Positions 1 to 7,941 are shown, counted from the stretch's first letter. The stretch: DNA of 16,882 nucleotides from an uncultured bacterium (GCA_913009355.1 CAJVYN010000033.1:1-16882); one strand, 5' to 3'. The notes: generated from the sequence alone by a model not told the origin. Numbers and translations are program-made.

Positions 1-350
1 CACTTGTCAGTTCTACAACATATTTTTCCATAGCCGATTCTCCTTAGTAAGGCCCAATATATTATGTCCTTATGAAGGTATCGGCAAATATCATTCACTT
101 ACATTAACAATCTTGACAGACTACTAGCCGGGATTGGTGCGAATTTACGCAAATTACTGGCCGCCTTTTGGCCTGCGCTGGTCGAGTGGGCACGGATTTA
201 CGTATTGAGTTGTGGAATAAGGCTGCAACCAAAATATAGACAACTCCGGATAATCGGGTAGCTGTCAAAAATTGACTTTTTCAGGGACGACTATTGTAAG
301 CTCACAACGCCGCGATGTAGAGCTGGAATTCGATGATGTAAGCCAGAAAC

Positions 351-376
351 GCGGCAAAGTAAACTCACTTTGCCGC
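351..376. terminator. Perfect 10-bp stem hairpin (gcggcaaagt / loop aaactc / actttgccgc), about 85 nt past the ino1 stop. Possible terminator or sRNA 3' end.
   Basis: Read directly: 351-360 is the exact reverse complement of 367-376. The plus strand continues with the moderately U-rich ttatgcttcatt. The minus strand continues with gtttctggcttac. There is no clean U-tract on either strand. Confidence 0.35.
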
Positions 377-459
377 TTATGCTTCATTCGGTGGGATTGC
401 CGTAAGAACGAGTTGACCTTCGGTTCAATACCGTTTTACTAAAGCCCCTTGCCGCATGT

Positions 460-1617
460 CTATTTTGCAATCTGCTCCATTTCTTCTAAGGTACGTTCAG
501 GCTTTTCATCAGCTACAGCCTCTTTTCCTTCGGCTATAAACTGCTCAACCAACTTGTAGGCCTGGTCATCGGTGTACTGTTGGGGGGGATGCTTGCAGAA
601 ATATGCTGACGGACCGTCCAGGATACCGCCTTGGCCTCTATCAAGGGCCAGCTTGCAGCATCTGATTGAATCAATGGCAACACCTGCCGAGTTTGGCGAG
701 TCTTCCACGCTCAGCCGCAATTCCAGGTTCATCGGCACGTCGCCAAAGAGCTTACCCTCCATCCTGATAAAACAGACCTTGTTGTCATCTTGCCATGGAA
801 CATAATCGCTTGGGCCAATGTGAATATTACGATCAGCCAATCTATTGGCGGTAACTGACTGTACAGCTTCTGTCTTTGATATTTTCTTGGAGGCAAGCCT
901 GCTGCTTTTGTGCATATTGAGGAAATCAGTATTTCCGCCTGTATTGAGTTGGTAAGTTCTTTCTAACTTTACCCCTCTTTTATTGAAGAGGTCGGTTAAT
1001 ACTCTATGAGTAATTGTCGCACCAAGTTGAGCCTTAATGTCATCGCCTATTATCGGTATGTTCTTTTCTTCGAACTTCTTCGCCCATTCTGCGTTGCTTG
1101 CTATAAAAACAGGTATATTGTTTATAAACGCCACACCTGCTTCCAGAGCACATTCGGCATAAAACTTCGAAGCTTCCTCAGAACCAACAGGGAGGTAATT
1201 TAAGAGTATCTCAGTGCCGGATTCCTTCAAGATCCGGACGATATCCTCTTTCGTCGCTTCAGGCTCACCATTGCATACGAAGGTATAGTCATCGTCATAA
1301 TCCTTCATATGATCCGAAAAACCATCGAGAATTCTACCCATTTTCACCAAAACACCGGTTTTGGGCATATCTTTGCAAAATACTGTGGTGCAGTTTGGCC
1401 TTTCGAATATGGCTTCGTTGATGTCCTTTCCGATTTTTCTTTTGTCGATATCGAACGCAGCTACCACTTCGATGTCATATGGTTTATAACCATTGATGTC
1501 CCAGTGCATTAGCCCGATAATATCTTTGCTATTCTTACTTTTATAGTACTCAATACCTTGGAGTAGCGAACTTGTACAGTTACCCACACCAACAATCCCG
1601 ATTTTAATTTTATTCAC
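460..1617 (-). CDS. ino1: myo-inositol-3-phosphate synthase (bacterial/archaeal MIPS family)
   Basis: 385-aa ORF. The N-terminal Rossmann motif GIVGVGNCTSSLLQGIEYYK and the overall length are typical of prokaryotic MIPS. The start codon is GTG (cac at 1615-1617 on the plus strand). A purine-rich AAAGGAAC lies 8 nt upstream. Confidence 0.85.
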   Translation of the reverse strand: MNKIKIGIVGVGNCTSSLLQGIEYYKSKNSKDIIGLMHWDINGYKPYDIEVVAAFDIDKRKIGKDINEAIFERPNCTTVFCKDMPKTGVLVKMGRILDGFSDHMKDYDDDYTFVCNGEPEATKEDIVRILKESGTEILLNYLPVGSEEASKFYAECALEAGVAFINNIPVFIASNAEWAKKFEEKNIPIIGDDIKAQLGATITHRVLTDLFNKRGVKLERTYQLNTGGNTDFLNMHKSSRLASKKISKTEAVQSVTANRLADRNIHIGPSDYVPWQDDNKVCFIRMEGKLFGDVPMNLELRLSVEDSPNSAGVAIDSIRCCKLALDRGQGGILDGPSAYFCKHPPQQYTDDQAYKLVEQFIAEGKEAVADEKPERTLEEMEQIAK

Positions 1618-1679
1618 AATCTCTTGTTCCTTTCATTGACTAATATTTTTTACACCTTAAAATTCCACAAGAACAACTC

Positions 1680-1685
1680 ATTATA
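1680..1685 (-). promoter_or_regulatory. Extended -10 element (TGtTATAAT on the minus strand), putative ino1 promoter
   Basis: Plus strand ctcattataacac 1676-1688 reverse-complements to gtgTTATAATgag, about 60 nt upstream of the ino1 GTG. Tandem ACGAAAT-like heptads lie immediately upstream (plus 1691-1703). Confidence 0.4.
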
Positions 1686-1740
1686 ACACATTCGTATTTC
1701 GTGATGCGTATTGCGAACTCCGCCCAGAGGACGGAGCTAA

Positions 1741-1776
1741 ACATAACAATGTAAACCCCCAGGATAAACCTGGGGG
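1741..1776 (-). terminator. Rho-independent terminator downstream of the flotillin gene
   Basis: An 8-bp GC-rich stem cccccagg (1756-1763) pairs with cctggggg (1769-1776) around the loop ataaa. On the minus strand the hairpin is followed by UUUACAUUGUUAUGU. It lies about 70 nt after the flotillin stop at 1848. Confidence 0.5.
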
Positions 1777-1847
1777 CTAAATATTTTGGGATTGCCACGT
1801 CCCTTAGGGACTGGCAATGATAACAGTACAAGTTTTGACGGGGGTTC

Positions 1848-3359
1848 TTATTTCTTCTTGCCGGCAGAAGAGCCCTTGTCAAGCATTCCTCTCAAGACAG
1901 TGCCCATCAGAGCGTCGGTCATACCACCAGATGAGCCGCCTACCATTACCTCCGGAGTAATCCGGATTTTCTCGGATGAAACCAGCTTCATAATCTCAAT
2001 AAGAGCGGCGTTGTTCGAGCCAATTACATCAGAAATCAGCCTGTAGGCCTGAGCCTTGGCGGCGGCAATGAGCTTGACCTGCTCGGCTTCGGCCTGAGCG
2101 GCGATAATTTTTTTCTGCTTGTCCTGCTCGGCAATCTTGACGCCATAAGCGGCTGTCGCCAGACGTTTCTCCTCTTCGGCTTCCTGCTGGGTCTTTGTCA
2201 GGGCCTTTTGCTTTTCCGCTGCACGCTGCTGCTCCTCAAACGTCGCCTGCTCCTGAAGAGCTATCTCACGGTCGGTCTGGGTCTTTAAGAGCCGGCCAAG
2301 GGTTTTCTCATCGCCCACATTACCGATACTGATTTCAAGAATGGTGATACCATACCCGGCCAATTCCTTTCTAAGCATTGCGGTGCTCTGCTGTCCCTGT
2401 TTCGAGCGGTTCTGAACGTAATCCAGGGCCTTGACCTTTTCAGCGTTATCTCTGAAAGTCGATCTTACCCTGGGTGTTACCAGCTTGGTCAGTACCAGCT
2501 CGCCATCGCCTATCATAGCAACAACACGAGGAGCGTCTTTGCGGTCAATTCGATAGGTTATGCGGACATCTACGGGGAATGTATAACCATCTGCGCTTCG
2601 GACGGTTATAGGCCGACGAGGCTGGGCTTTGCCTCTTTCGCCACGCTCCATCTCCGCGGTGTAGCTTACCTTTGTCTGGCGGATGCTCATTAGTGTAACT
2701 TCATAAGCTTTTGTATTCAGATAGTACTGACCTTCACCCAGCGGCTTGTTCCATACGCCTCTTTGACCCACTTCCACAAGGCGGTCTTTGGCTTCTACTA
2801 CTTCGCCCACGTTGCTCTTTATAACCGCGACTGTGCCGACTCTGACGTTTACTACAGGCACAGCTTTAACGGTAAACAGTTTTGTATTGATACGATATTT
2901 ACCCGGCTTTAGGACTGAAAGCTGTGGGCCTTTAAAGCCGTTGCCCTCAGAGAGGAAATATTCGGCATTGAGCATTTTGTCCGGCTCTTTCCACTCCGGA
3001 GCGTAAATTGTATCGGGCGGCAGACTACGGCCGTCCGCGGTCTGCACCAGGCCTATGAACCCCTCTTTTATCTCGACCATAGGTTCCTTACTGATCTCAT
3101 ACTGCCATGGCCAATAGAATAACTGCCAGCCGGGAGCCAGAAGCTGGGCCTGAATCCCGTTTTCACCATTTACGGCTAAAATCCGCCCCTCCGGCAGAGA
3201 ACCGCCTCCCAATTTCTTCTCCACAATTCCAACCTGATTGCCGCCAATTTTCACAATCGAGCTGGCAATTACCACCACCAAAACAATGACAATCACCAGA
3301 ACCAATGTCAGAATTGCCTTTAGCTTTCCTCCAGGTATTTGTTCCCATGTAGCGTTCAT
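1848..3359 (-). CDS. SPFH/band-7 flotillin-like membrane protein (YqiK/FloT-like)
   Basis: 503 aa. An N-terminal TM helix (ILTLVLVIVIVLVVVIASSIV) is followed by an SPFH domain. There is a long Ala/Glu/Gln/Lys-rich coiled-coil (EQQRAAEKQKALTKTQQEAEEEKR...AQAEAEQVKLIAAAKAQA) and a Gly-rich C-terminus. The RBS aaaggaaa lies 6 nt upstream of the ATG. Confidence 0.85.
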   Translation of the reverse strand: MNATWEQIPGGKLKAILTLVLVIVIVLVVVIASSIVKIGGNQVGIVEKKLGGGSLPEGRILAVNGENGIQAQLLAPGWQLFYWPWQYEISKEPMVEIKEGFIGLVQTADGRSLPPDTIYAPEWKEPDKMLNAEYFLSEGNGFKGPQLSVLKPGKYRINTKLFTVKAVPVVNVRVGTVAVIKSNVGEVVEAKDRLVEVGQRGVWNKPLGEGQYYLNTKAYEVTLMSIRQTKVSYTAEMERGERGKAQPRRPITVRSADGYTFPVDVRITYRIDRKDAPRVVAMIGDGELVLTKLVTPRVRSTFRDNAEKVKALDYVQNRSKQGQQSTAMLRKELAGYGITILEISIGNVGDEKTLGRLLKTQTDREIALQEQATFEEQQRAAEKQKALTKTQQEAEEEKRLATAAYGVKIAEQDKQKKIIAAQAEAEQVKLIAAAKAQAYRLISDVIGSNNAALIEIMKLVSSEKIRITPEVMVGGSSGGMTDALMGTVLRGMLDKGSSAGKKK

Positions 3360-3488
3360 AATAGTTTCCTTTTGAAATTGAAATTAACAAGTAATTTATA
3401 CCGGCTTTCGCAGCCACAAAGATGCGCAGAAAACAAGTGTGGCAAAACAAATAACCGTAGCAATGTTATCATAAACCGAAACTGTTAG

Positions 3489-4421
3489 TTATACATCACA
3501 AATTCGTGCCGCCTGTGCCATAGATGTCAGCGGGTCAGGGGTGGTTGGGACATACTCATGGCCCACATAGCCGGTAAAGCCGGTCTCGACGATTGCACGC
3601 AGAATGGCAGGAAAATACAGCTCCTGTGTTTCGTCTAATTCATGCCTGCCTGGGTTGCCGCCTACCTGGTAGTGGGTGATGTAGTCCTTATAAGTACGGA
3701 TTGTCCGAATTATGTCGCCTTCCATTATCTGAGCATGATAGACGTCGTAAAGGATTTTCAGCCGTTCGGAGCCGATCTTATCGCACAGCTCAATGCCCCA
3801 ACTCAGATGGTCGAACATATAATCCGGGTGATTGATTTTGCTGTTAAAGTTTTCGATGCAGAGGGTGACCTTTTTCTTTTCAGCGTATCCGATGATTTGC
3901 TTGAAGGCAATGACAGCGTTCTCAAGTCCCACGTCGTCAGGTATGCCGTCACGATTGCCCGTGAGGGCGATTACATTCGGAAATCCGTATTCGGCTGCGG
4001 CGTCAATGCTGATGCGAAGACTGGCGATGCATTCGGCGTGATAGGCCTTGTTATTCAGACCGCGTGTGAGGGATTTATCATTGTAGCTGTTGACCATCCC
4101 GCAGACCAGGCCGTACTTTTTCACTGTCGGCAGTTCATTGGGCGAAACCAACTCGACTGATTTGATTCCGAGCTTCGCAGCAGCGGCACATATCTGGTCA
4201 AGCGTTAGGCCCTGCTCGGAATAGGGCCACTTGCAGACCGACTGGTTGATGCGGCCCTTCTTGATGACCCGTTCGAGGGCGGCGGATGCGGTGGCTGGTA
4301 CACTCACGCCGGCAATAGCAGCCGCTGCTACGCCAGCCATTCCGGCCAGTATCTGCCGGCGAGTCATTGTTGGAACAATGCCCTGACGACAAGACTCCAC
4401 ACAACTTTCCTGTGTTGACAT
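3489..4421 (-). CDS. Tat-signal sugar phosphate isomerase/epimerase (xylose-isomerase-like TIM barrel)
   Basis: Twin-arginine motif TRRQILAGMAGVAAAAIAGVSVPATASAA. The body is xylose-isomerase-like (…HAQIMEGDII…YVGHEY…). The ORF-track start (GTG at 4436) has no RBS. The ATG at 4419-4421 is preceded by GTGAAAGGAATTAAA, an RBS with 6-nt spacing, so the start is placed there. The ATG at 4367 (MTRRQIL) is an alternative. Confidence 0.75.
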   Translation of the reverse strand: MSTQESCVESCRQGIVPTMTRRQILAGMAGVAAAAIAGVSVPATASAALERVIKKGRINQSVCKWPYSEQGLTLDQICAAAAKLGIKSVELVSPNELPTVKKYGLVCGMVNSYNDKSLTRGLNNKAYHAECIASLRISIDAAAEYGFPNVIALTGNRDGIPDDVGLENAVIAFKQIIGYAEKKKVTLCIENFNSKINHPDYMFDHLSWGIELCDKIGSERLKILYDVYHAQIMEGDIIRTIRTYKDYITHYQVGGNPGRHELDETQELYFPAILRAIVETGFTGYVGHEYVPTTPDPLTSMAQAARICDV

Positions 4422-4624
4422 TTTAATTCCTTTCACTTAAATCGATTTAAGTCGCAAATCACAATTTGATGCTGATTATGATAACCCAACACAGGGAAAA
4501 CATCAATATAATTTCCAGCGTTTTTTTGCGGCATACCGCCCCTAAAATGGCAATTTAACGGGCCGATTTACCCGGAACCGGCCTGTTGGGTACGCAAGAT
4601 ATCTCTATCGCTGTCTAAAACAAA

Positions 4625-4652
4625 TTGAATCCTGGCTGTCTATGGCTATAAT
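4625..4652 (+). promoter_or_regulatory. Near-consensus sigma70 promoter: TTGAAT (4625-4630), 16-nt spacer, TATAAT (4647-4652)
   Basis: Read directly. It overlaps the ORF-track start ATG at 4642, which argues that the real start is the in-frame ATG at 4678. Confidence 0.5.
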
Positions 4653-4677
4653 GTCGCAGATTTACAGGACAAAGATT

Positions 4678-5787
4678 ATGATTTATAACACATACGGCTC
4701 AACCGGTATCGAGGTGTCCGCCATAGGGTTCGGCGGGATGCAGTTTGAAAATCAGGATGACATCGACGTCTGTGCCTCGCTGGTCAAGGCCGCTTATGAT
4801 ATGGATATTAACTATTTTGATACCGCTCCCGGCTACGGTAAATCCGAAGAACTGTTCGGCGCAGCGCTGAAGGAAATGAACAAGACCAGGGCGCAGAAGC
4901 CATTTTACGTTTCCACCAAGACAATGAAGGCTGAGCCGCGGCAAATCCGTAAGGAACTCGAAACCTCTCTGAAGAGGTTAAACCTCGACTATATCGATTT
5001 CTATCACGTCTGGTGCGTAATGTCACTCGAAGCCTATAAAGACCGAAAGGCTAAAGGCGCACTGGCTGAATTCGAGCGATTAAAGGCTGAGGGTCTGGTT
5101 AAGCATATCTGTGTTTCAACTCATATTACCGGCTCAGAGATTGGCGAGATGTTGGCTGATTACCCGTTCGAGGGTGTATTGTTAGGGTATTCAGCTATGA
5201 ACTTTGCCTATCGCGAGGCCGGGCTGGCGGCGGCGGCTAAACTTAATTGCGGAGTGGTTGTAATGAATCCTCTCGGTGGCGGTATTATCCCGCAGCATCC
5301 CGATCGTTTTGCCTTTGTAAAGACCCGCAAGACAGAAACCGTTGTTGAGGGTGCTCTGCGGTTCCTAATCAATGACCGGCGCATCACATCTGCCCTTGTG
5401 GGCGCCAGCAACCAGCAACAGCTTGCCGAGGCAATCGCAGCAGTCGAAGGATACCAGCCGATTCGGCCCGAGACTGTTCAGAAAATTCGTGCCAGCTTAA
5501 AGGATGCCTTCAATGAGCTTTGCACGGGCTGCCGGTACTGCGATAACTGCCCGGAGAACATAGCCGTACCAAAAATGATGGACGCCTATAACTATTACGT
5601 ACTGAGAGGGAAGGGCGCAGATATGATTGACCGGCTGCGCGACCACTGGAACATCAGTGCGAAAAACGATAATGTTGCAAGATGCACCGAGTGCGGGCAG
5701 TGCGAAACCGCCTGTACCCAGAAACTACCCATTTGCCAACGGCTAAAATTTGTCCACGCCGAGGCCGAACGGTTAGGGGCGGGCTGA
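4678..5787 (+). CDS. Aldo/keto reductase fused to a C-terminal 4Fe-4S ferredoxin-like domain
   Basis: The N-terminal AKR fold (MIYNTYGSTGIEVSAIGFGGM…DTAPGYGKSEELFG…) is followed by two Cys clusters, CTGCRYCDNC and CTECGQCETAC. The start is moved from 4642 to 4678 because the -10 box sits at 4647-4652, and MIYNTYG… resembles canonical AKR N-termini. AGGA lies 9 nt upstream of 4678. Confidence 0.8.
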   Translation: MIYNTYGSTGIEVSAIGFGGMQFENQDDIDVCASLVKAAYDMDINYFDTAPGYGKSEELFGAALKEMNKTRAQKPFYVSTKTMKAEPRQIRKELETSLKRLNLDYIDFYHVWCVMSLEAYKDRKAKGALAEFERLKAEGLVKHICVSTHITGSEIGEMLADYPFEGVLLGYSAMNFAYREAGLAAAAKLNCGVVVMNPLGGGIIPQHPDRFAFVKTRKTETVVEGALRFLINDRRITSALVGASNQQQLAEAIAAVEGYQPIRPETVQKIRASLKDAFNELCTGCRYCDNCPENIAVPKMMDAYNYYVLRGKGADMIDRLRDHWNISAKNDNVARCTECGQCETACTQKLPICQRLKFVHAEAERLGAG

Positions 5788-5836
5788 GAATCGATTATCT
5801 GCTGTTGGAAAAGAGACAATAGTCAATTAAGAGGAT

Positions 5837-5920
5837 TGCCCGGGACTGGAGTCGAACCAGCACTCCCCTAAGGGAACTAGCCCCTCAAGCTAGCGCGTCT
5901 GCCTATTCCGCCACCCGGGC
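5837..5920 (-). tRNA. tRNA-Leu (anticodon GAG), class II with a long variable arm. No encoded CCA.
   Basis: The minus-strand sequence GCCCGGGTGGCGGAATAGGCAGACGCGCTAGCTTGAGGGGCTAGT…GGTTCGACTCCAGTCCCGGGCA aligns closely to E. coli tRNA-Leu (GCGAAGGUGGCGGAAUUGGUAGACGCGCUAGCUUCAGG…). The anticodon loop is UUGAGGG. The 7-bp acceptor stem is GCCCGGG/CCCGGGC with discriminator A. Confidence 0.85.
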
Positions 5921-5942
5921 GTTACTATTTTCTATTCACTTG

Positions 5943-5971
5943 ATTATTGATTATTGACTATTGATTGTCAA
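5943..5971 (-). promoter_or_regulatory. Putative tRNA-Leu promoter: TTGACA -35 (plus 5966-5971), 17-nt spacer, AATAAT -10 (plus 5943-5948), embedded in TGATTAT heptad repeats
   Basis: The minus-strand reading is TTGACAatcaatagtcaataatcAATAAT, about 22 nt upstream of the tRNA 5' end. The region 5941-5968 is four tandem TGATTAT/TGACTAT units. It begins only 4 nt after the queE stop. Confidence 0.4.
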
Positions 5972-5974
5972 CTA

Positions 5975-6703
5975 TCAAATGGGGCGGCTTTGATTGTTCC
6001 GGAGCAAAAGGTGCAGTCGCTGGCAAAATGCAAAGCCGCTGCGTCTGCACATTTCAGCTACCATCGGCGATTTGGCTAAAAGCTCTTCCCTCGTCTTGGC
6101 CTGCGGCATCAGCATTACCTTCTCTGAATCGATGTTTCCTATCTCCTCTACCGTCTGTTGTATCTCAGTTAAATCATCCTGCGAATCCATCACGAATTTC
6201 AGTTGATATTTATAGTTGTCGAGAAGCTTTCGCAAGATGGTTATATCCAGTCTTAAAAACTTCTGTCTTCTGACTTCTGTGTCCGGCGCCCCCACCACAG
6301 GTGTGGGGGCTAAACTTTCGATTTCTGCAGTTGGTGTGGAGTTACTCAATTTAGGGCTTATGCTCATTAAGTTACAGGGCAAATCCGGTATGAATGCAAT
6401 CCCTGCGGTTTCAATTGTTATATGTTTTTCAGCGGCCTTGAGCTTTTGTACCAATTGCGGCAAATCCGGATTTATCATTGGCTCGCCGCCTGTTATTATC
6501 ACAAATTTGCTCCGGGCCTGCTGCTGAACGGCCTGGATGATTTTGTCGGTGCTGTAATGGAACCCTGCTTCCTGGTCCCAGGCGTATTTTGTATCACACC
6601 ATCGGCAGCGCAACGGACAGCCTGCCAAGCGTATGAACACGCTGGGGACACCTGCCAAAAATCCCTCACCCTGCAAAGAATAAAAAATTTCGTTTATTCT
6701 CAT
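5975..6703 (-). CDS. queE: 7-carboxy-7-deazaguanine synthase (radical SAM)
   Basis: 242 aa. It has the radical-SAM cluster motif CPLRCRWCD (Cx3Cx2C) near the N-terminus and a GGEP motif. The size matches the short Bacillus-type QueE. Confidence 0.85.
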   Translation of the reverse strand: MRINEIFYSLQGEGFLAGVPSVFIRLAGCPLRCRWCDTKYAWDQEAGFHYSTDKIIQAVQQQARSKFVIITGGEPMINPDLPQLVQKLKAAEKHITIETAGIAFIPDLPCNLMSISPKLSNSTPTAEIESLAPTPVVGAPDTEVRRQKFLRLDITILRKLLDNYKYQLKFVMDSQDDLTEIQQTVEEIGNIDSEKVMLMPQAKTREELLAKSPMVAEMCRRSGFAFCQRLHLLLRNNQSRPI

Positions 6704-6750
6704 TCTTAGTTTCTCTTATTCGACATTCTTTATTCATTATTCGATATTCA

Positions 6751-7455
6751 TCATTTCTTTACATATTCAATAGGGTCTTCAAAACCTGCTTCGGCAAAGC
6801 CCTTTAACCTTAATCGGCAGGAATCACAGCGTCCACAACTTCTGCCCTGCTCGTCCGGGTCGTAACAACTGTGTGTCAGGGAGTAATCTACGCCGAGCTT
6901 TGTGCCGGTGAGAATAATTTCACGCTTTGTCATATTTATAATCGGTGTATGAATGCGGTATCGGCCCTTGCCCTGGACGGCGGCTGCGGTGGCGAGGTTG
7001 GCGGTTTTCTCAAAGGCAGTTATAAATTCAGGCCGACAGTCGGGATAGCCGCTATAATCCATCGCATTGACGCCAATGAAAATGTCGAATGCGCCTAAAA
7101 CCTCTGCCCAGCCGAGTGCAAAACTTAAAAATATCGTGTTGCGGGCAGGCACATAGGTCGATGGGATTTGAGCCGAATCGTCTAAATTGGCCCTGTCCTT
7201 CGGCACTTCAAGAGCTAAATCAATCAGAGATGAGACGCCAAACCCGACCAGGTCAATATCGACTACACGGTGTTCGGACACCTTGAAAAATGTAGTTATT
7301 CTTTTTGCAGCTCCGATTTCCTGCTGGTGCCGTTGGCCATACTTAAAAGTTAATGCGTAACACTGAAAACCTTCGCCGTGGGCCATGCCCAGGACAGTAG
7401 CTGAATCAAGGCCTCCGCTCAGCAAAACAACCGCTTTTTTATTTTTTATCAACAT
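6751..7455 (-). CDS. queC: 7-cyano-7-deazaguanine synthase
   Basis: PP-loop SGGLDS motif ([12 protein letters not shown]) and a C-terminal zinc-binding CxxC…CxxC ([10 protein letters not shown]). The start is taken at the second ATG (7455, MLIKNKK…) because AAGGAGG lies 4 nt upstream of it. The first ATG at 7473 would also overlap the -35 of the divergent queF promoter. Confidence 0.9.
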   Translation of the reverse strand: MLIKNKKAVVLLSGGLDSATVLGMAHGEGFQCYALTFKYGQRHQQEIGAAKRITTFFKVSEHRVVDIDLVGFGVSSLIDLALEVPKDRANLDDSAQIPSTYVPARNTIFLSFALGWAEVLGAFDIFIGVNAMDYSGYPDCRPEFITAFEKTANLATAAAVQGKGRYRIHTPIINMTKREIILTGTKLGVDYSLTHSCYDPDEQGRSCGRCDSCRLRLKGFAEAGFEDPIEYVKK

Positions 7456-7467
7456 TTTTCCTCCTTC

Positions 7468-7496
7468 TTGCAAAAGTTATTGATATTTATTATATT
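7468..7496 (+). promoter_or_regulatory. Putative queF promoter: TTGCAA (7468-7473), 17-nt spacer, TATATT (7491-7496)
   Basis: Read directly. A GAGG lies 9 nt before the queF ATG at 7529. The promoter sits in the 73-nt divergent queC/queF intergenic region. Confidence 0.4.
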
Positions 7497-7528
7497 AGTT
7501 TAGTAGAATTTTCGCGAGGTTCAACCAA

Positions 7529-7909
7529 ATGAATAAAAAGTCCGATATGGAGCTGTTCGATAACCCCCATCCTGAGCGGGACTATCATATCACAATCAGA
7601 TGTCCTGAATTTACCAGCCTTTGCCCTCGAACAGGCCAGCCAGACTTCGGCAAAATCATCATCGAATACTGTCCCGACAAACTTTGTATCGAGCTAAAGA
7701 GTCTGAAATTCTATATACAAAGCTATCGTAATAAGGGTATTTTTTACGAAGCACTGACAAACGATATACTAAATGACCTGATCGCCGCCTGTAAGCCCAG
7801 ATGGATGAAGGTTACATCTCGATTTACTGCCCGCGGCGGGATAACCACCGAGGTGGTTGCGGAGTGTAAGCGCGACGTGAGAAGTGTATCTTGCAATGAC
7901 AATATGTAG
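7529..7909 (+). CDS. queF: NADPH-dependent 7-cyano-7-deazaguanine (preQ0) reductase, type I
   Basis: 126 aa. The length and the motifs are typical of unimodular QueF: [48 protein letters not shown] contains the catalytic Cys and the E(S/L)K(S/A)hK(L/Y)(Y/F/W) motif. Confidence 0.9.
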   Translation: MNKKSDMELFDNPHPERDYHITIRCPEFTSLCPRTGQPDFGKIIIEYCPDKLCIELKSLKFYIQSYRNKGIFYEALTNDILNDLIAACKPRWMKVTSRFTARGGITTEVVAECKRDVRSVSCNDNM

Positions 7910-7920
7910 AGATACACTTC
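7881..7920 (+). other. Perfect inverted repeat gaagtgtatct (7881-7891) / agatacacttc (7910-7920), a 12-bp RNA stem with a U-G closing pair. The loop contains the queF stop codon.
   Basis: Read directly and checked base by base. No U-tract follows, so it is not a canonical intrinsic terminator. Confidence 0.6.
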
Positions 7921-7941
7921 ACGAAATACGAAATACGAAAT
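7921..7941 (+). repeat. Perfect tandem heptad repeat (ACGAAAT)x3, 18 nt upstream of the zinc-ribbon gene start
   Basis: acgaaat acgaaat acgaaat read directly. The same 13-mer cacgaaatacgaa recurs as its reverse complement at 1691-1703, upstream of ino1. Confidence 0.6.

Noticed and set aside
415-435. ggttcaataccg resembling a tRNA T-loop
   Set aside because: No acceptor, D or anticodon stems can be built from the upstream 70 nt.
1640-1882. 80-aa ORF in the flotillin-ino1 intergenic region
   Set aside because: It spans the terminator hairpin and the ino1 promoter, overlaps the flotillin 3' end, and has no RBS or motif.
4518-4540. T7 run plus gcggcataccgcc hairpin as a terminator
   Set aside because: The U-run precedes the hairpin on the plus strand and an A-run follows it on the minus strand. 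Neither is the right order for an intrinsic terminator.
5788-5925. tRNA-Leu as an attachment site for an integrated element
   Set aside because: No integrase, no repeat of the tRNA 3' end that I could spot, and the genes on the 3' side are ordinary metabolic genes.
7456-7528. Possible preQ1 riboswitch in the queC/queF divergent leader (CUACUAAACUAA resembles the A-rich tail of preQ1-I)
   Set aside because: I could not find a P1 helix whose 3' strand follows the UUCUA loop. The match is to the low-complexity tail only, and 73 nt must also hold two promoters.
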